Notes under the pieces: model-generated
What the model was told of the DNA's origin: nothing
The model's input: the letters and a program-made list of their open reading frames with translations, nothing else
Databases searched by the model: none
Source: a bacterium
GTDB taxonomy: Bacteria; Verrucomicrobiota; Verrucomicrobiia; Limisphaerales; JAJXZI01
Length of the DNA: 62,203 bases
Direction: 5' to 3'
Assembly (NCBI GenBank): GCA_021780115.1
Contig: JAJXZI010000031.1
Coordinates: 1 to 62,203, forward strand
Position numbers and translations under genes: made by a program
In this document: one piece after another, positions 1 through 9,651 of the stretch
How positions within the stretch are numbered: the stretch's first letter is position 1
Layout: each line of letters opens with the position of its first letter

Positions 1-94
1 AATATCTGCGCACCATGCTCTACCTGGTCGCCGGCAAACTCCGCCTTCCCGCTTGATAGCCCCCACCGAAAACGTCAGAGAACCATCAATGGAG

Positions 95-260
95 GCTAAA
101 GGCACAAGCGAGGCTCGGCAAGCTCGCTGTCAAAAAGGGATTCGGCGAGGGCACGGGCGAGATCAATTTTGCCGCCGCCGGTCAGACCGAGAAAAACAAA
201 CGAGCCGACCGGGCGCGGATGACATCGTCGGTGCTACAGAATTTTCCAGGAGTCCATTGA
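95..260 (-). pseudogene. Decayed fragment of a ClpB/ClpA-type AAA+ ATPase (NBD2 Walker-A region)
   Basis: Minus-strand translation of ~95-220 reads [41 protein letters not shown]. This matches the ClpB NBD2 signature RPIGSFLFLGPTGVGKTEL.KALA..(M/L)FDSDEAMVRIDM. Walker A is corrupted (GVGKT to GGGKI), a stop lies just upstream in frame, and more Clp-like residues (LLENSV.., DDVIRAR) sit in other frames up to ~260. Confidence 0.5.
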
Positions 261-294
261 CGGCCGCCCGACTTTTCGCTACCCATAGCAACCT

Positions 295-3027
295 ATGGTC
301 CGCATAACAAGCGTTCTCAGACGCGCAATTTCGTGTCCTCTCTGCCTGCTTAGCCTCCCCGCCATCGCTCCCCAGCGCGCCGCCGCCGACGTGCTCTGTC
401 CCGGCTGCGTGGACACCGAACTCGTCAGCAGCAACGGCGGCTATTCGCAGCTCGCACTGGACGACACTTACGTCTATTTCGGCGACCGCAACGGCCGGGT
501 CATGCGCGTGCCCAAGACCGGCGGTCCGATCACCACCGTGGGCACCTACCCTGGCAATCGCGTCATCGTCGCTGTGGCGGTGGACACCACCAACGTCTAT
601 GTGGGTGTGGACGCGCCACAACCCACCGGCTACACCGGGAACTACGGCAACCTAGTCGTCGTACCCAAGACCGGCGGCACGCCGGTGTCGCTGACCGACC
701 AGGCGACCAACATCGTGTGTCTGGCGCTGGACGACGACTACATCTACTGGTCGAGCTGCGGCTACTTCGCGTCGCTGGGCAGCTATCCGCAGGCCAACGG
801 TTACATCGCCCGCACTCCCAAGGCTGGCGGTCCGGTCCAGGTCCTGGCCAGCGGCCTCGCCACTGCGGAATGTTTGGTCCTCGACGGCACCAATCTGTAT
901 TTCGGCGAGACCGGCTATGTCTCGCCCGCATGGGTGACCGGCGTGGTGAAAAGGGTGCCCAAGAGCGGCGGACCGGTGGTGACCCTCTCCAGCGGCGGCC
1001 ATGTGGCCTACCTGGCGGTGGACGACACCTACGTCTATGGCTCGAGTTATCACTTAGTGGTTCCACCGAGCGGGGAGATCTTCCGCGTGCCGAAAGCCGG
1101 CGGCGCGAGTTCCTTTTTAGCCACCGGGCTGGTGTTTGCCGGACCGCTTGCGCTCAGCGCTAACCAGCTTTTCTTCGCGGACGACGGCGATTGCGGCGGC
1201 GGCGGTTTTGTTGGCTTGATCGATCTGGCCACCGGCGCGGCCCAAGTGCTGCGCGGCGGCTTGTCTTGCACGGTGCCGCTCGCGTTGGACGACTGTGCTG
1301 TCTATGCCTTCAGCAAGACCGGTCTGTATGCGAGCGAAGTCGGTTACTTGAACCGGTTCTGTCGGCCGCCGAGCGTGACGGGACCGACCAGCCAGTTCTC
1401 GCTGACGGCGGCGAACGTTTCCGTGGAGAAGTTCCAGTGGGGCCTGAACCTCTCCGTCGTGCGCTCCGGCGCGACCGATTTTGTCGCTTCGGTGGCTTGC
1501 GACTTTGTCAACGGAACGGCGCGGGCCGGCGTGGATTTCACCCCTGTGGGCGCGGGCAAACTCGACTTCACGCCTGGCCAATCGACCGGCACCGTGTCCT
1601 TCTTCATCTTGAGCAACACGGTCCCGACCGGCAACAGAAGCTTCAGCCTCGCTTTGAGCAACGCCTCGTTCGGGACCGCGCTCGGGGCCATGTCCCAGGC
1701 GACGATCACGATCGTGGACAACAACCTGCCTGGCCCAGGCAAACCCGACACAAACTTCGCGGCGACGCTAGGTCCTCAGTATTTGAGCACCGTGAACGCC
1801 CTCGTGCCGCAAGCCGGCGGCCGCTTCGTGATCGGCGGCGGTTTTACCACGGTGAGCAACACCAATCGTCCCTACGTGGCACGCCTCCTCAGCAACGGCG
1901 CGCTGGATCCCTCTTACAGCACCGGCACCGGGCCCAGCTTCTCAGTGCAAAGTGCGGTCGGGTTGCCGGACCAGCGGGTCGCCATCGGCGGCTTGTTCTT
2001 CAGTGTGAACGGCACCAATCGTCCCGGCATTGCCGTGCTGACAACGAACGGCGCGTTGGACCTCTCCTTCAATCCGCCGGCCTCGGGCTATCCCAGCGCG
2101 AACGCCTTGCTTGCGCAACCCGACGGGAAAGTCATTTTGGGCGGCAGCCTCGTCTATAACGGCACGAACCTCGCCCGGCTCAATCCCGACGGGTCGGTGG
2201 ACACCTCTTTCGCCGTCGGTGCTGGCGTGGATGCGTACGTCAGCGCGTTGGCGCGGCAGCCGGACGGCAAGATTCTCGTGGGCGGCGCCTTCACGACGAT
2301 CAACAGCGTGGCCGGCACCAACCTCGCTCGATTGCTGACCAACGGCACCGTGGACACGACGTTCAGCGCGCCGGTGGCCGGCAAGCCATACCTGACCGCG
2401 GTGCAAGCGATTCTTCCGTTGAGCGACGGCTCGCTCATCGTCGGCGGCAGCTTCACCAACATCAGCGGCGTGGGACGGACCAATCTGGCGAAGTTGACGC
2501 CCAGCGGCGCGTGCGACCCAACCTTTGTTCCGTGGGCCAGTCTCAACGGCTCGGTCCTCGCGCTGGCCGCGCAAGCCGACGGCAAGCTGCTCGTGGGCGG
2601 CAGTTTCTCGACGGCCGGCCAGACCAACAGTTACATCATGCGGCTGAACTCGAACGGGAGCCTTGACACCAGCTTCGACACCGGGTCCGGACCGGACGGC
2701 CAAGTGAATGCCGTGCTGCCGTTGGCCGACGGCTCGGTGCTGATTGGCGGCGACTTTAGCTCGGTGAACGGCCTGCCACGGTCCTACATCGCGCGCTTGC
2801 TGGGCGGCGGCCCGAGTCTCCAAATCGCGGGCGTGACGGTGACCAACCAGCAGCCCACGCTCACCTTCACGGCCCCCAGCGGCGCCACGATCATCGTCCA
2901 GAGTTCCACCAATCTCATGAGTTGGAGGGACCTTCGGACTAACACGGCCACCGGCAGCCCGCAGAGCTTCACCGACGCCAGCGCCACCAACCTCTGGCGT
3001 GACTTCTATCGGCTAAAAGAGCAGTGA
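295..3027 (+). CDS. Secreted mosaic repeat protein: N-terminal propeller-like repeats, Calx-beta domain, then delta-60-type repeats
   Basis: ATG start with a signal-peptide-like N-terminus (CPLCLLSLPAIAPQRAAA). There are at least four repeats containing (V/T)PK(T/A/S)GGP. The Calx-beta-like segment reads VVRSGATDFVASVACDFVNGTARAGVDFTPVGAGKLDFTPGQSTGTVSF. About seven repeats follow of the form ARL..NG.LD.SF..G.G..G.V.A...Q.DGK...GG.F..VNG (delta-60 repeat style). Confidence 0.8.
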   Translation: MVRITSVLRRAISCPLCLLSLPAIAPQRAAADVLCPGCVDTELVSSNGGYSQLALDDTYVYFGDRNGRVMRVPKTGGPITTVGTYPGNRVIVAVAVDTTNVYVGVDAPQPTGYTGNYGNLVVVPKTGGTPVSLTDQATNIVCLALDDDYIYWSSCGYFASLGSYPQANGYIARTPKAGGPVQVLASGLATAECLVLDGTNLYFGETGYVSPAWVTGVVKRVPKSGGPVVTLSSGGHVAYLAVDDTYVYGSSYHLVVPPSGEIFRVPKAGGASSFLATGLVFAGPLALSANQLFFADDGDCGGGGFVGLIDLATGAAQVLRGGLSCTVPLALDDCAVYAFSKTGLYASEVGYLNRFCRPPSVTGPTSQFSLTAANVSVEKFQWGLNLSVVRSGATDFVASVACDFVNGTARAGVDFTPVGAGKLDFTPGQSTGTVSFFILSNTVPTGNRSFSLALSNASFGTALGAMSQATITIVDNNLPGPGKPDTNFAATLGPQYLSTVNALVPQAGGRFVIGGGFTTVSNTNRPYVARLLSNGALDPSYSTGTGPSFSVQSAVGLPDQRVAIGGLFFSVNGTNRPGIAVLTTNGALDLSFNPPASGYPSANALLAQPDGKVILGGSLVYNGTNLARLNPDGSVDTSFAVGAGVDAYVSALARQPDGKILVGGAFTTINSVAGTNLARLLTNGTVDTTFSAPVAGKPYLTAVQAILPLSDGSLIVGGSFTNISGVGRTNLAKLTPSGACDPTFVPWASLNGSVLALAAQADGKLLVGGSFSTAGQTNSYIMRLNSNGSLDTSFDTGSGPDGQVNAVLPLADGSVLIGGDFSSVNGLPRSYIARLLGGGPSLQIAGVTVTNQQPTLTFTAPSGATIIVQSSTNLMSWRDLRTNTATGSPQSFTDASATNLWRDFYRLKEQ

Positions 3028-3107
3028 CGGTCCCGCGAGGAAGGCGCTTTTCTACTTCTTCGCCGCCTTCGTCTCGAAGACCCGTTCGCTGTTCTTGAAC
3101 TCCACCG

Positions 3108-4988
3108 TCACGCGGCTGGGGCCGCGCCTTCGCTGGCAATGCGCTTGCGCGTGAGCGGCGCCTCGATGCGCGTTGGAGGAAACGCATCCATCGGCAGCGG
3201 CAGGATGGCGCGGATCTTCGTCCCCCGCCGGCCCGACCGGACTTCCACCCGCCCTTTGAGTTGTCGCAGGCGTTCGTGCATGCCGACGAGGCCCAGGCCC
3301 GGCGCCGCGATGCCTTGCCGGAGGTTCTTGAACTGGGCGGCCGGGATGCCACGGCCCCGGTCGCTGATTTCCAGCAGGACCTGGTCGGGCCGGTGCGTCA
3401 ACCGCACGCGGGCGCGGCGGCGGCCCGAGTGGCGGTGGACGTTGCTGAGAGCCTCCTGCACCACGCGGAAGAGCGCCAGCTCCGCTTCGGCCGGCAACCG
3501 GCGGGCGGCCTCCCCCGTGTCCAGCGTGACGCGGAGGCCACCGCGCGCGGACAACCGCTCGCAGTAGGCCCGAAGCGCGACGGTGAGGCCGAATTCCTCG
3601 AGGAACGGCGGATGCAGCAGGTAGGAGAGGGTGCGCGCTTCGCGGGAACACTCGGCCAGCAGGGCGGCGCTGTCGTCGATCCGTTGGAGAACCCCCGGGG
3701 CCGATCCCGCCGCCTGGTCCCGCAACAGGTCCAGGCGCATCGTCACGGCGACGAGTTTCTGGCCGAGGGAGTCATGCAGTTCGCGGGCGATGCGCCGCCG
3801 TTCCTCATCCTGCGCCTGCCAGAGCCGGCGCGAGAACATCCGCGCCGCCGCCTCCGCCCGCTTGCGCTCCGTCACCTCGGTGGTCAGGAGCAACAAATGC
3901 GCTTCCCCGTCGAGGAAAATGCGGGCCGTTTGACAATGCAGCCAGACCTCCTTGCCGAACGTCGAGATGGTGTGAAACTCGCCGGTGAGCGGGCCGCCCC
4001 GGCGCAAGGTCCGGTCCGCCATCTGCCGCAGGCCGCACGTCTGCCAGGCGGAAAGCCGGCGGTAGTTCAGGCGCAGCACTTGCTCGACGTTGGCGCCGGC
4101 GATCAACGCCACCGCTTCATTGGCGAAGACGCACTGACCGGACGAGCGGCAAACCAGGATCCCCACGGCGGACGCCGCCAGGACGGTCTGATTCAAGGCC
4201 AGGGCGTCCGCCAGGCGTTGCTGCATCCGTTTGCGCCCGGTAATGTCGCGCACGATGCCGACCAGCCCCGCGGGCCGGCCGGCCGCGTTCCTCCACGCGG
4301 CGAGGCTCATCTCGACCTGGTAGCGCTGGCCGTCGCGGCGGAACATCGTGTATTCGGCCGTGCGCGGGAGGCCGGTCCTCAGCGCGCGGGCCAGGTCCGT
4401 GCCGAGTCGTTTGCGGTCCTCCCGCGCGGTGAGATCCAGGATGCTCTTCCCCAGCAGTTCCGCCTCGTTCCGAAAGCCGCCCATGGCCACCCCGTGCGGG
4501 TTGACCGCCAGCAGGCGGCCGCGCGCGTCGGCCAGGCCGACGGCGTCGGGCAGGATCTCGATCAGCCGCCGGTGCTGTTGCTCGCGGGTGTGCCGCGTCA
4601 CCGTGGCCTCCCGCAGGCGCAGTATCAACCGAATCCGCGCCAGGAACTCCTCGGCCGTCACCGGCGTGGCGATGTGCTCATCCGCCCCGGAATCGAGGTT
4701 GTTGACCGCCCGCGCGCTGTCAGCGCCCCGGCCCGAAACCAGCACGACGACCACATCCCGCAGCGCCTCGTCGGCCTTGATCCGCCGGCCGACTTCCATT
4801 CCGCTCAGTCCGGGCAACCGCGCCGCCAACACGGCCAGATCGGGGCGCTCCCGACGAACCACCTGGAGGGCCTGCCGTCCGGTCCGCGCCTCCCGCACTT
4901 GGACGCCCGCGGCGCACAGGACTCCGGAGAAGAGCGAGCGGAGTTGGGGATTGTGCTCCGCCACGAGGATGCGGGTCGTCGCGTTCAT
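3108..4988 (-). CDS. Hybrid sensor: response-regulator receiver + PAS domains + HisKA_3/HATPase_c histidine kinase
   Basis: I trimmed the start to the internal ATG at 4988 (MNATTRILVAEHNPQLRS...), where the receiver domain begins. PAS-like segments follow. The HisKA_3 signature is ELHDSLGQKLVAV...LLHPPFLEEFGL. The C-terminal ATPase contains DRGRGIP...GLGLVGMHERL. Confidence 0.85.
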   Translation of the reverse strand: MNATTRILVAEHNPQLRSLFSGVLCAAGVQVREARTGRQALQVVRRERPDLAVLAARLPGLSGMEVGRRIKADEALRDVVVVLVSGRGADSARAVNNLDSGADEHIATPVTAEEFLARIRLILRLREATVTRHTREQQHRRLIEILPDAVGLADARGRLLAVNPHGVAMGGFRNEAELLGKSILDLTAREDRKRLGTDLARALRTGLPRTAEYTMFRRDGQRYQVEMSLAAWRNAAGRPAGLVGIVRDITGRKRMQQRLADALALNQTVLAASAVGILVCRSSGQCVFANEAVALIAGANVEQVLRLNYRRLSAWQTCGLRQMADRTLRRGGPLTGEFHTISTFGKEVWLHCQTARIFLDGEAHLLLLTTEVTERKRAEAAARMFSRRLWQAQDEERRRIARELHDSLGQKLVAVTMRLDLLRDQAAGSAPGVLQRIDDSAALLAECSREARTLSYLLHPPFLEEFGLTVALRAYCERLSARGGLRVTLDTGEAARRLPAEAELALFRVVQEALSNVHRHSGRRRARVRLTHRPDQVLLEISDRGRGIPAAQFKNLRQGIAAPGLGLVGMHERLRQLKGRVEVRSGRRGTKIRAILPLPMDAFPPTRIEAPLTRKRIASEGAAPAA

Positions 4989-5009
4989 GCGCCGGTCAGG
5001 CTGGCGCCA

Positions 5010-5395
5010 GACCCGCTGTGGAAGCAAGGACCGAAGCGCGGGCACGATGGGACTGAGCTTGCTGGCACTGGTGTTGCCCGCCCACATCCAAGACCGGGAC
5101 GGAGCCAAGCAACTGCTGACGGAGTTCTATGGCCGGTCGGTTCAGCGGCGGGTCAAACACATCTGGGCCAATGGCGGCTTTGCCGGAGTGCTGGTGGGCT
5201 GGGCGCGTCAACTTTGGCATTGCAAGGTGGCGATCGTGAAACGATCGGAGGGGCACACGTTTCGAGCAGTGCCGCGCCGTTGGTTGGTGGAGCGCTCCCG
5301 CTGTTTGAATCGAGACTACGAGCGCCCAGCGCAGACCAGCGAAATTGTGCTGTATCTGGCCATGAATCGCTTGATGCTGGCACGCCGGGCCAAAA
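5010..5395 (+). mobile_element. IS5-family (DDE_Tnp_1) transposase, C-terminal remnant only
   Basis: The translation is GTMGLSLLALVLPAHIQDRDGAKQLL...VKHIWANGGFAG...IVKRSEGHTFRAVPRRWLVERS..LNRDYERPAQTSEIVLYLAMNRLMLARR. This matches the conserved C-terminal half of IS5/IS4-type transposases (..QDRDGA.., ..ADGGY.G.., ..LPRRWVVER.., ..KDYE....SE....LA..). No N-terminal half or terminal repeats are visible. Confidence 0.6.
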
Positions 5396-5419
5396 GTTGC
5401 CGAGTCTTCAAACACACTC

Positions 5420-5650
5420 TTAGCCCGGCGCCTTGGTCGCGCCGCCCACGCGAATCTGGTCCTCGTGGATGACGTCCTTGTAGGTCTCGGCGTAGCCTTG
5501 CTCGTTGTCCATGTCCCAGCCGAGGGCCTGGAAGAACGGGTCGCGGAACTCGCGGCGGAGCTGGGTTTCGCTGTACTGGCCGGAGCGATAGGCGTCGCGG
5601 TTGCGGTCGAAGCGGGCGACAAGATCGGTGATTTCTTTGGGCGTGGCCAT
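5420..5650 (-). pseudogene. 76-codon N-terminal stub of a Type IIG/Eco57I-like restriction-modification methyltransferase
   Basis: MATPKEITDLVARFDRNRDAYRSGQYSETQLRREFRDPFFQALGWDMDNEQGYAETYKDVIHEDQIRVGGATKAPG* resembles, from memory, the conserved N-terminus of large COG1002-type R-M enzymes (..Y.S..YNE...R.EFI.PFF.ALGWDV.N......V..E......G..K.PDY). The ORF stops exactly where the IS5 remnant abuts it. Confidence 0.5.
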
Positions 5651-5755
5651 GTTCGGGCAACCGTTGGGAGTGGTTCAAACGCAAAGGCGGAGAAACTCAA
5701 GCCTCCTCGGTTTCGCCGGGAGCGGTCCGGCCGGGGCAACGAACCAGGCCGGCGG

Positions 5756-7177
5756 TCAGGCCGGTTTGCCTTCCGCCGGAGACGCGACCTGCGCCGCCAA
5801 TGCCTCGGCCGGGTAGGTCCAAATCTCCGCCAGCGTCGGATGATAATGCGGCAGCGCAGCCAGTTCCCGCACCGTCATCCGCCGGTGCATGGCGGCGACG
5901 ATCTCGTGGATGAGTTCGCCGCCCAGCGGGCCGACACACGCGCCGCCGAGGATTTCTCCGGTGGCCGGCTGCGCCAGCAGTTTCACGAAGCCATCCTTCG
6001 CTTCCATGAGGAGCGACTTGCCGTGGTCGCTGAACGGATACCGGGCGGTGAGGCAAGGGATGCCGCTCGCGGCCGCGGCCTTTTCGGTCAGTCCCACTTG
6101 CGCGACTTGCGGGTCGGTGAAGATGACACAGGTGAGCAGCCGGCTGTCGAATTGCCGGGGCGACTGCGGCTGGGTGAGGTTGTGGGCCGCGATTTCGCCC
6201 TGCTGGACGGCGAGGTGGACGATCTCGTGTCTCCCGGTGCAGTCGCCCGCCGCGAAAATGTGCGGCGCGGTGGTCCGCATCTGCTCGTCGGTCACGATGC
6301 GCGGCCCGTCAGTCGCGACGCCGGCGGCGACCAGATTCAGCGCGGCGGTGTTCGGCATCCGCCCCAGGGCAAAAAGGATTTCCTCCGCCGTCACGCTCAC
6401 GGACTGGCCGTCGTGGAGAAACGTGACTTCCTTCAGCTCGCCGAGCCGCCGGGCGCCGGTCAGTTGCGTGCCCGTGAAGACCGTCATGCCTTCGCGCCGG
6501 AAGACTTTCTCCACCACCTCGGCCGCGTCCGGGTCGAATTCCTTGAGCACCTGGGCGCTGCGCTGGACGAGCGTCACCTTCACGTCGAAGCGCTGGAATA
6601 ATTGCGCCAACTCGACCGCCACGGCGCCGCCGCCCAGCACCACCAGCGAACGCGGGAGCCGTTTCAAGGACAGCGCGTCGTCGCTGGTGAGGAAGCCGGT
6701 TGCGTGGAGCGCCGCCAGCGGGGCCGGGGCCACGACCGAACCGGTGGCGATGACGAAGTGGCTCGCCCGGAGCGTGCGGCCGTCGCTCAGAAGCAGCGTG
6801 TGCGGATCGGTGAACCGGGCCTGGGCGCGGAGGAACTCGAACCGTCCGTCGGCGAGCTGTTGCCGCCGGTAGTCGGCGAACTCCTGGACGAGCGCGTCCT
6901 TCCGCGCCATGACGCGTCCGAAGTGAAACCCCGCGTCCTCCACGCGCAGGCCCCAGGCGCCGGCCTGCCGGCAGAGATGGAGCACCTCCGCCGCGTAGAG
7001 CAGCGCCTTGGTGGGCATGCAGCCGCGCAGGATGCACAGCCCGCCCACCTCCGCGCCGCCTTCGAGCACGGCCACGCGCCGCCCGGCGTCGGCGGCCGTC
7101 CGCGCCGCCGCGTAGCCGGCGCTGCCGCCGCCGATCACCGCTACGTCATAGTCCAGCGCGCCTGTCGGATGAGTCAT
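5756..7177 (-). CDS. Class I pyridine nucleotide-disulfide oxidoreductase (dihydrolipoyl dehydrogenase/glutathione reductase family)
   Basis: Start is the ATG at 7177 (MTHPTGALDYDVAVIGGGSAGYAAA, an FAD GxGxxG fold). The redox-active CxxxxC is GGLCILRGCMPTK. A second NAD fold is VVLGGGAVAVELAQ, and a C-terminal dimerisation-domain motif HPTLAEI is present. Confidence 0.85.
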   Translation of the reverse strand: MTHPTGALDYDVAVIGGGSAGYAAARTAADAGRRVAVLEGGAEVGGLCILRGCMPTKALLYAAEVLHLCRQAGAWGLRVEDAGFHFGRVMARKDALVQEFADYRRQQLADGRFEFLRAQARFTDPHTLLLSDGRTLRASHFVIATGSVVAPAPLAALHATGFLTSDDALSLKRLPRSLVVLGGGAVAVELAQLFQRFDVKVTLVQRSAQVLKEFDPDAAEVVEKVFRREGMTVFTGTQLTGARRLGELKEVTFLHDGQSVSVTAEEILFALGRMPNTAALNLVAAGVATDGPRIVTDEQMRTTAPHIFAAGDCTGRHEIVHLAVQQGEIAAHNLTQPQSPRQFDSRLLTCVIFTDPQVAQVGLTEKAAAASGIPCLTARYPFSDHGKSLLMEAKDGFVKLLAQPATGEILGGACVGPLGGELIHEIVAAMHRRMTVRELAALPHYHPTLAEIWTYPAEALAAQVASPAEGKPA

Positions 7178-7275
7178 GCGCGCCAACTTGGTCGGGCGGC
7201 GGCGTGGACGCAAGACTGGCGCGTCAAACTTCCCGCTCGACGCGCGGCGGCAGACGCTCATAGTTGGCCGAAATC

Positions 7276-9651
7276 ATGAAGACGGTCCGCTTGCAGTCCT
7301 CGTCGCCGCCGAAACGAACTCCTCCCCGGTCAGACCGCGCCGGCGCAGTGGCGCTGGCCGGCCTGCTGGCGTTCGGGCTGCCCCCCACCGCCGAGGCGGC
7401 GGAGGGCACGGCGGCGCCGGCGACCCCGCCGGTGGTCCTCAGTGCCGACGCCGATTGGATTCCGCTTCGCCCGGAACTGGAGATCGAACCAGGCTCGGCG
7501 CTGGACTTTTCCGCGCTGGGTTGGAGGGAAGCGCCGGCGGGCAAACACGGACGCGTGATCGCCCGGCGGGACGGGCAGTTCGCCTTCGCCGATTCGCCGG
7601 GCCAACCGCGCCGGTTCTACGGGGTGAATCTCTGTTTCGGCGCGCAATATCTTTCCCACGCCGAAGCGGATCGTCTCGCCGAGCGCCTGGCCCGGCTCGG
7701 CTACAACGCGCTCCGGATTCACCACTACGAGCGCGACCTGACGGAGGGGCAGACGCCCACCACGACGTTGAATCCGGAGAAGCTGGACCAGTTCGACTAC
7801 CTGACGGCGGCCCTGATCCAGCGCGGCATTTACCTGACCACCGACCTCTACGTCTCCCGCCCGGTGCCCTGGCGGGAGGTGGGGATCGAGCGTGACGGCC
7901 AGATCCCCATGGACACCTTCAAGATCCTGGTGCCGGTCCACGCCGGCGCGTTCGAGAACTGGAAGCAATTCGCCCGCGCGTTTCTGGGCCACGTCAATCC
8001 GTACACCCAACGCCGTTACGCGGACGAACCGGCGCTGGCCTGGCTGGCCATGATCAACGAAGGCAATTTCGGCAACTTCTTCAAGGACATCCGGACCACC
8101 CCCGAATGGCAGACGGCATGGAACCGCTGGCTGGCCCGGCGCTACCCGGACCGTCCGGCCCTGGCCGCCGCGTGGGGCCGCGCGTTGAACGCGGACGAAG
8201 ATCCGGCGGCCCGGACGGTGGCGTTGCCGGAGCGACTCCAGGCCGACGGCCCGCGGTCGCGCGATTGCATCGCCTTCCTCGCCGATACCGAACGCGAGAT
8301 GGTGGAGAAAATGAAGGCGTTTCTGCGCGACGACCTCCGCTGCCGGGCGCTGGTCAGCAACTCCAGTTCCTGGACGCGCTTCACCACCGACCAGGGCGCG
8401 CGGTCGGTGTACGACTACGTGGACGACCATTTTTACGTGGATCACCCGCAGTTCCTCCAGGGCGCCTGGCGGCTGCCGAGCCGGTGCCCGAACACCAGCC
8501 CGATCGCCGAGGGCGCCGCCGGCGGACGCGCCATCACCTTCACGCGGCTGTTCGACAAACCGTTCACCTGCACCGAATACAACTACTCGGCGCCGGGCCG
8601 GTTCCGCGGCGTCGGCGGCATCCTGACCGGCGCGCTGGGCGCGCTCCAGGGCTGGGGCGGCATCTGGCGGTTCGCTTACAGCCACAGCCGCGAGGCGCTG
8701 TTCACGCCGTCGCAGATGGGCTACTTCGACCTGGCTTCCGATCCGCTCAGCCAGGCCGCGGAGCGGGCTTCGCTCTGCCTCTTCCTGCGCGGCGACCTGC
8801 AAGCCGCGCCGCGCAGCGTGGCGCTGGTGATGACCGCGGCCGACCTGGCGAAACCCGCGGCGAAGATCCCCACGTTGGCGCCCAAATGGCATTGGCTGGC
8901 CTGGGTGACCCGCGTGGGCACGCAGGTCGTGCCGTCGCCCGACAAGCCGCTGCCGCAGACCGCCGTGGTGCCGCTGGCCTGGCAAACCCCCGCCTCCGCC
9001 TACAATCCGAAGCAGGCGCTGGCGGTGGAACCTTACGCCGTCGGCGATGCCCCACTGGTGACGGCGCTGAAGGAGCGGGGGCTGTTCAACGCGGACGACG
9101 CGCCCGATCCCGCCCGAAAGTTCTTCCGCAGCGAAACCGGCGAAGTCACGATGGACGGGCCGCGCGACGAACTCGTGCTGGACACCCCGCGCACCGCCGG
9201 CGGCTACGCGCCGGCCGGACAGGCGATCGCCCCCAGCGCGGGAGGCGTGAAGATCTCCATCGAAGGCAGCGACGCCACCGTGTGGGTCAGCGCGCTGGAC
9301 TACCAGCCGATCCGCCGCAGCCGCCGTCTGCTGGTCACACATCTGACCGACCTGCAGAACACCGGCATCGAATACGCCGAAGCCGCGCGACAGACGTTGC
9401 TGGCTTGGGGCGGGCTGCCGTACCTGGTGCGCGCCGGCAAGGCGGAGGTCATCCTCCAACTTGAATCGCCCCGGCAATACCGCGTCTGGGCCCTGACCCC
9501 GGGCGGCCGGCGCCTGGCCGAAGTGCCCTCCCGGGCGGACGCGCACGGATTGCGCTTCACCGCGGACGTCGCCGGTGACCCGGCCTCCGGTGCCCGGATG
9601 CTTTACGAAGTGGCCGTGAAGGGAGCGAGCCGCGTGAAAGGGGACTGGTGA
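7276..9651 (+). CDS. Secreted putative glycoside hydrolase ((beta/alpha)8 barrel, GH5/GH42-like)
   Basis: ATG at 7276 is followed by a signal peptide (AVALAGLLAFGLPPTAEA). The TIM-barrel GH-like core is GVNLCFGAQYLSHAEADRLAERLARLGYNALRIHHYE ... LAWLAMINEGNF, with an NE(G/P) acid/base-type motif. The exact family cannot be assigned by eye. Confidence 0.65.
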   Translation: MKTVRLQSSSPPKRTPPRSDRAGAVALAGLLAFGLPPTAEAAEGTAAPATPPVVLSADADWIPLRPELEIEPGSALDFSALGWREAPAGKHGRVIARRDGQFAFADSPGQPRRFYGVNLCFGAQYLSHAEADRLAERLARLGYNALRIHHYERDLTEGQTPTTTLNPEKLDQFDYLTAALIQRGIYLTTDLYVSRPVPWREVGIERDGQIPMDTFKILVPVHAGAFENWKQFARAFLGHVNPYTQRRYADEPALAWLAMINEGNFGNFFKDIRTTPEWQTAWNRWLARRYPDRPALAAAWGRALNADEDPAARTVALPERLQADGPRSRDCIAFLADTEREMVEKMKAFLRDDLRCRALVSNSSSWTRFTTDQGARSVYDYVDDHFYVDHPQFLQGAWRLPSRCPNTSPIAEGAAGGRAITFTRLFDKPFTCTEYNYSAPGRFRGVGGILTGALGALQGWGGIWRFAYSHSREALFTPSQMGYFDLASDPLSQAAERASLCLFLRGDLQAAPRSVALVMTAADLAKPAAKIPTLAPKWHWLAWVTRVGTQVVPSPDKPLPQTAVVPLAWQTPASAYNPKQALAVEPYAVGDAPLVTALKERGLFNADDAPDPARKFFRSETGEVTMDGPRDELVLDTPRTAGGYAPAGQAIAPSAGGVKISIEGSDATVWVSALDYQPIRRSRRLLVTHLTDLQNTGIEYAEAARQTLLAWGGLPYLVRAGKAEVILQLESPRQYRVWALTPGGRRLAEVPSRADAHGLRFTADVAGDPASGARMLYEVAVKGASRVKGDW

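Noticed and set aside
1-56. Possible 3' end of a plus-strand CDS (...YLRTMLYLVAGKLRLPA*)
   Set aside because: The third positions are G/C-rich, which is coding-like. However, 17 codons are too few to identify or to distinguish from chance.
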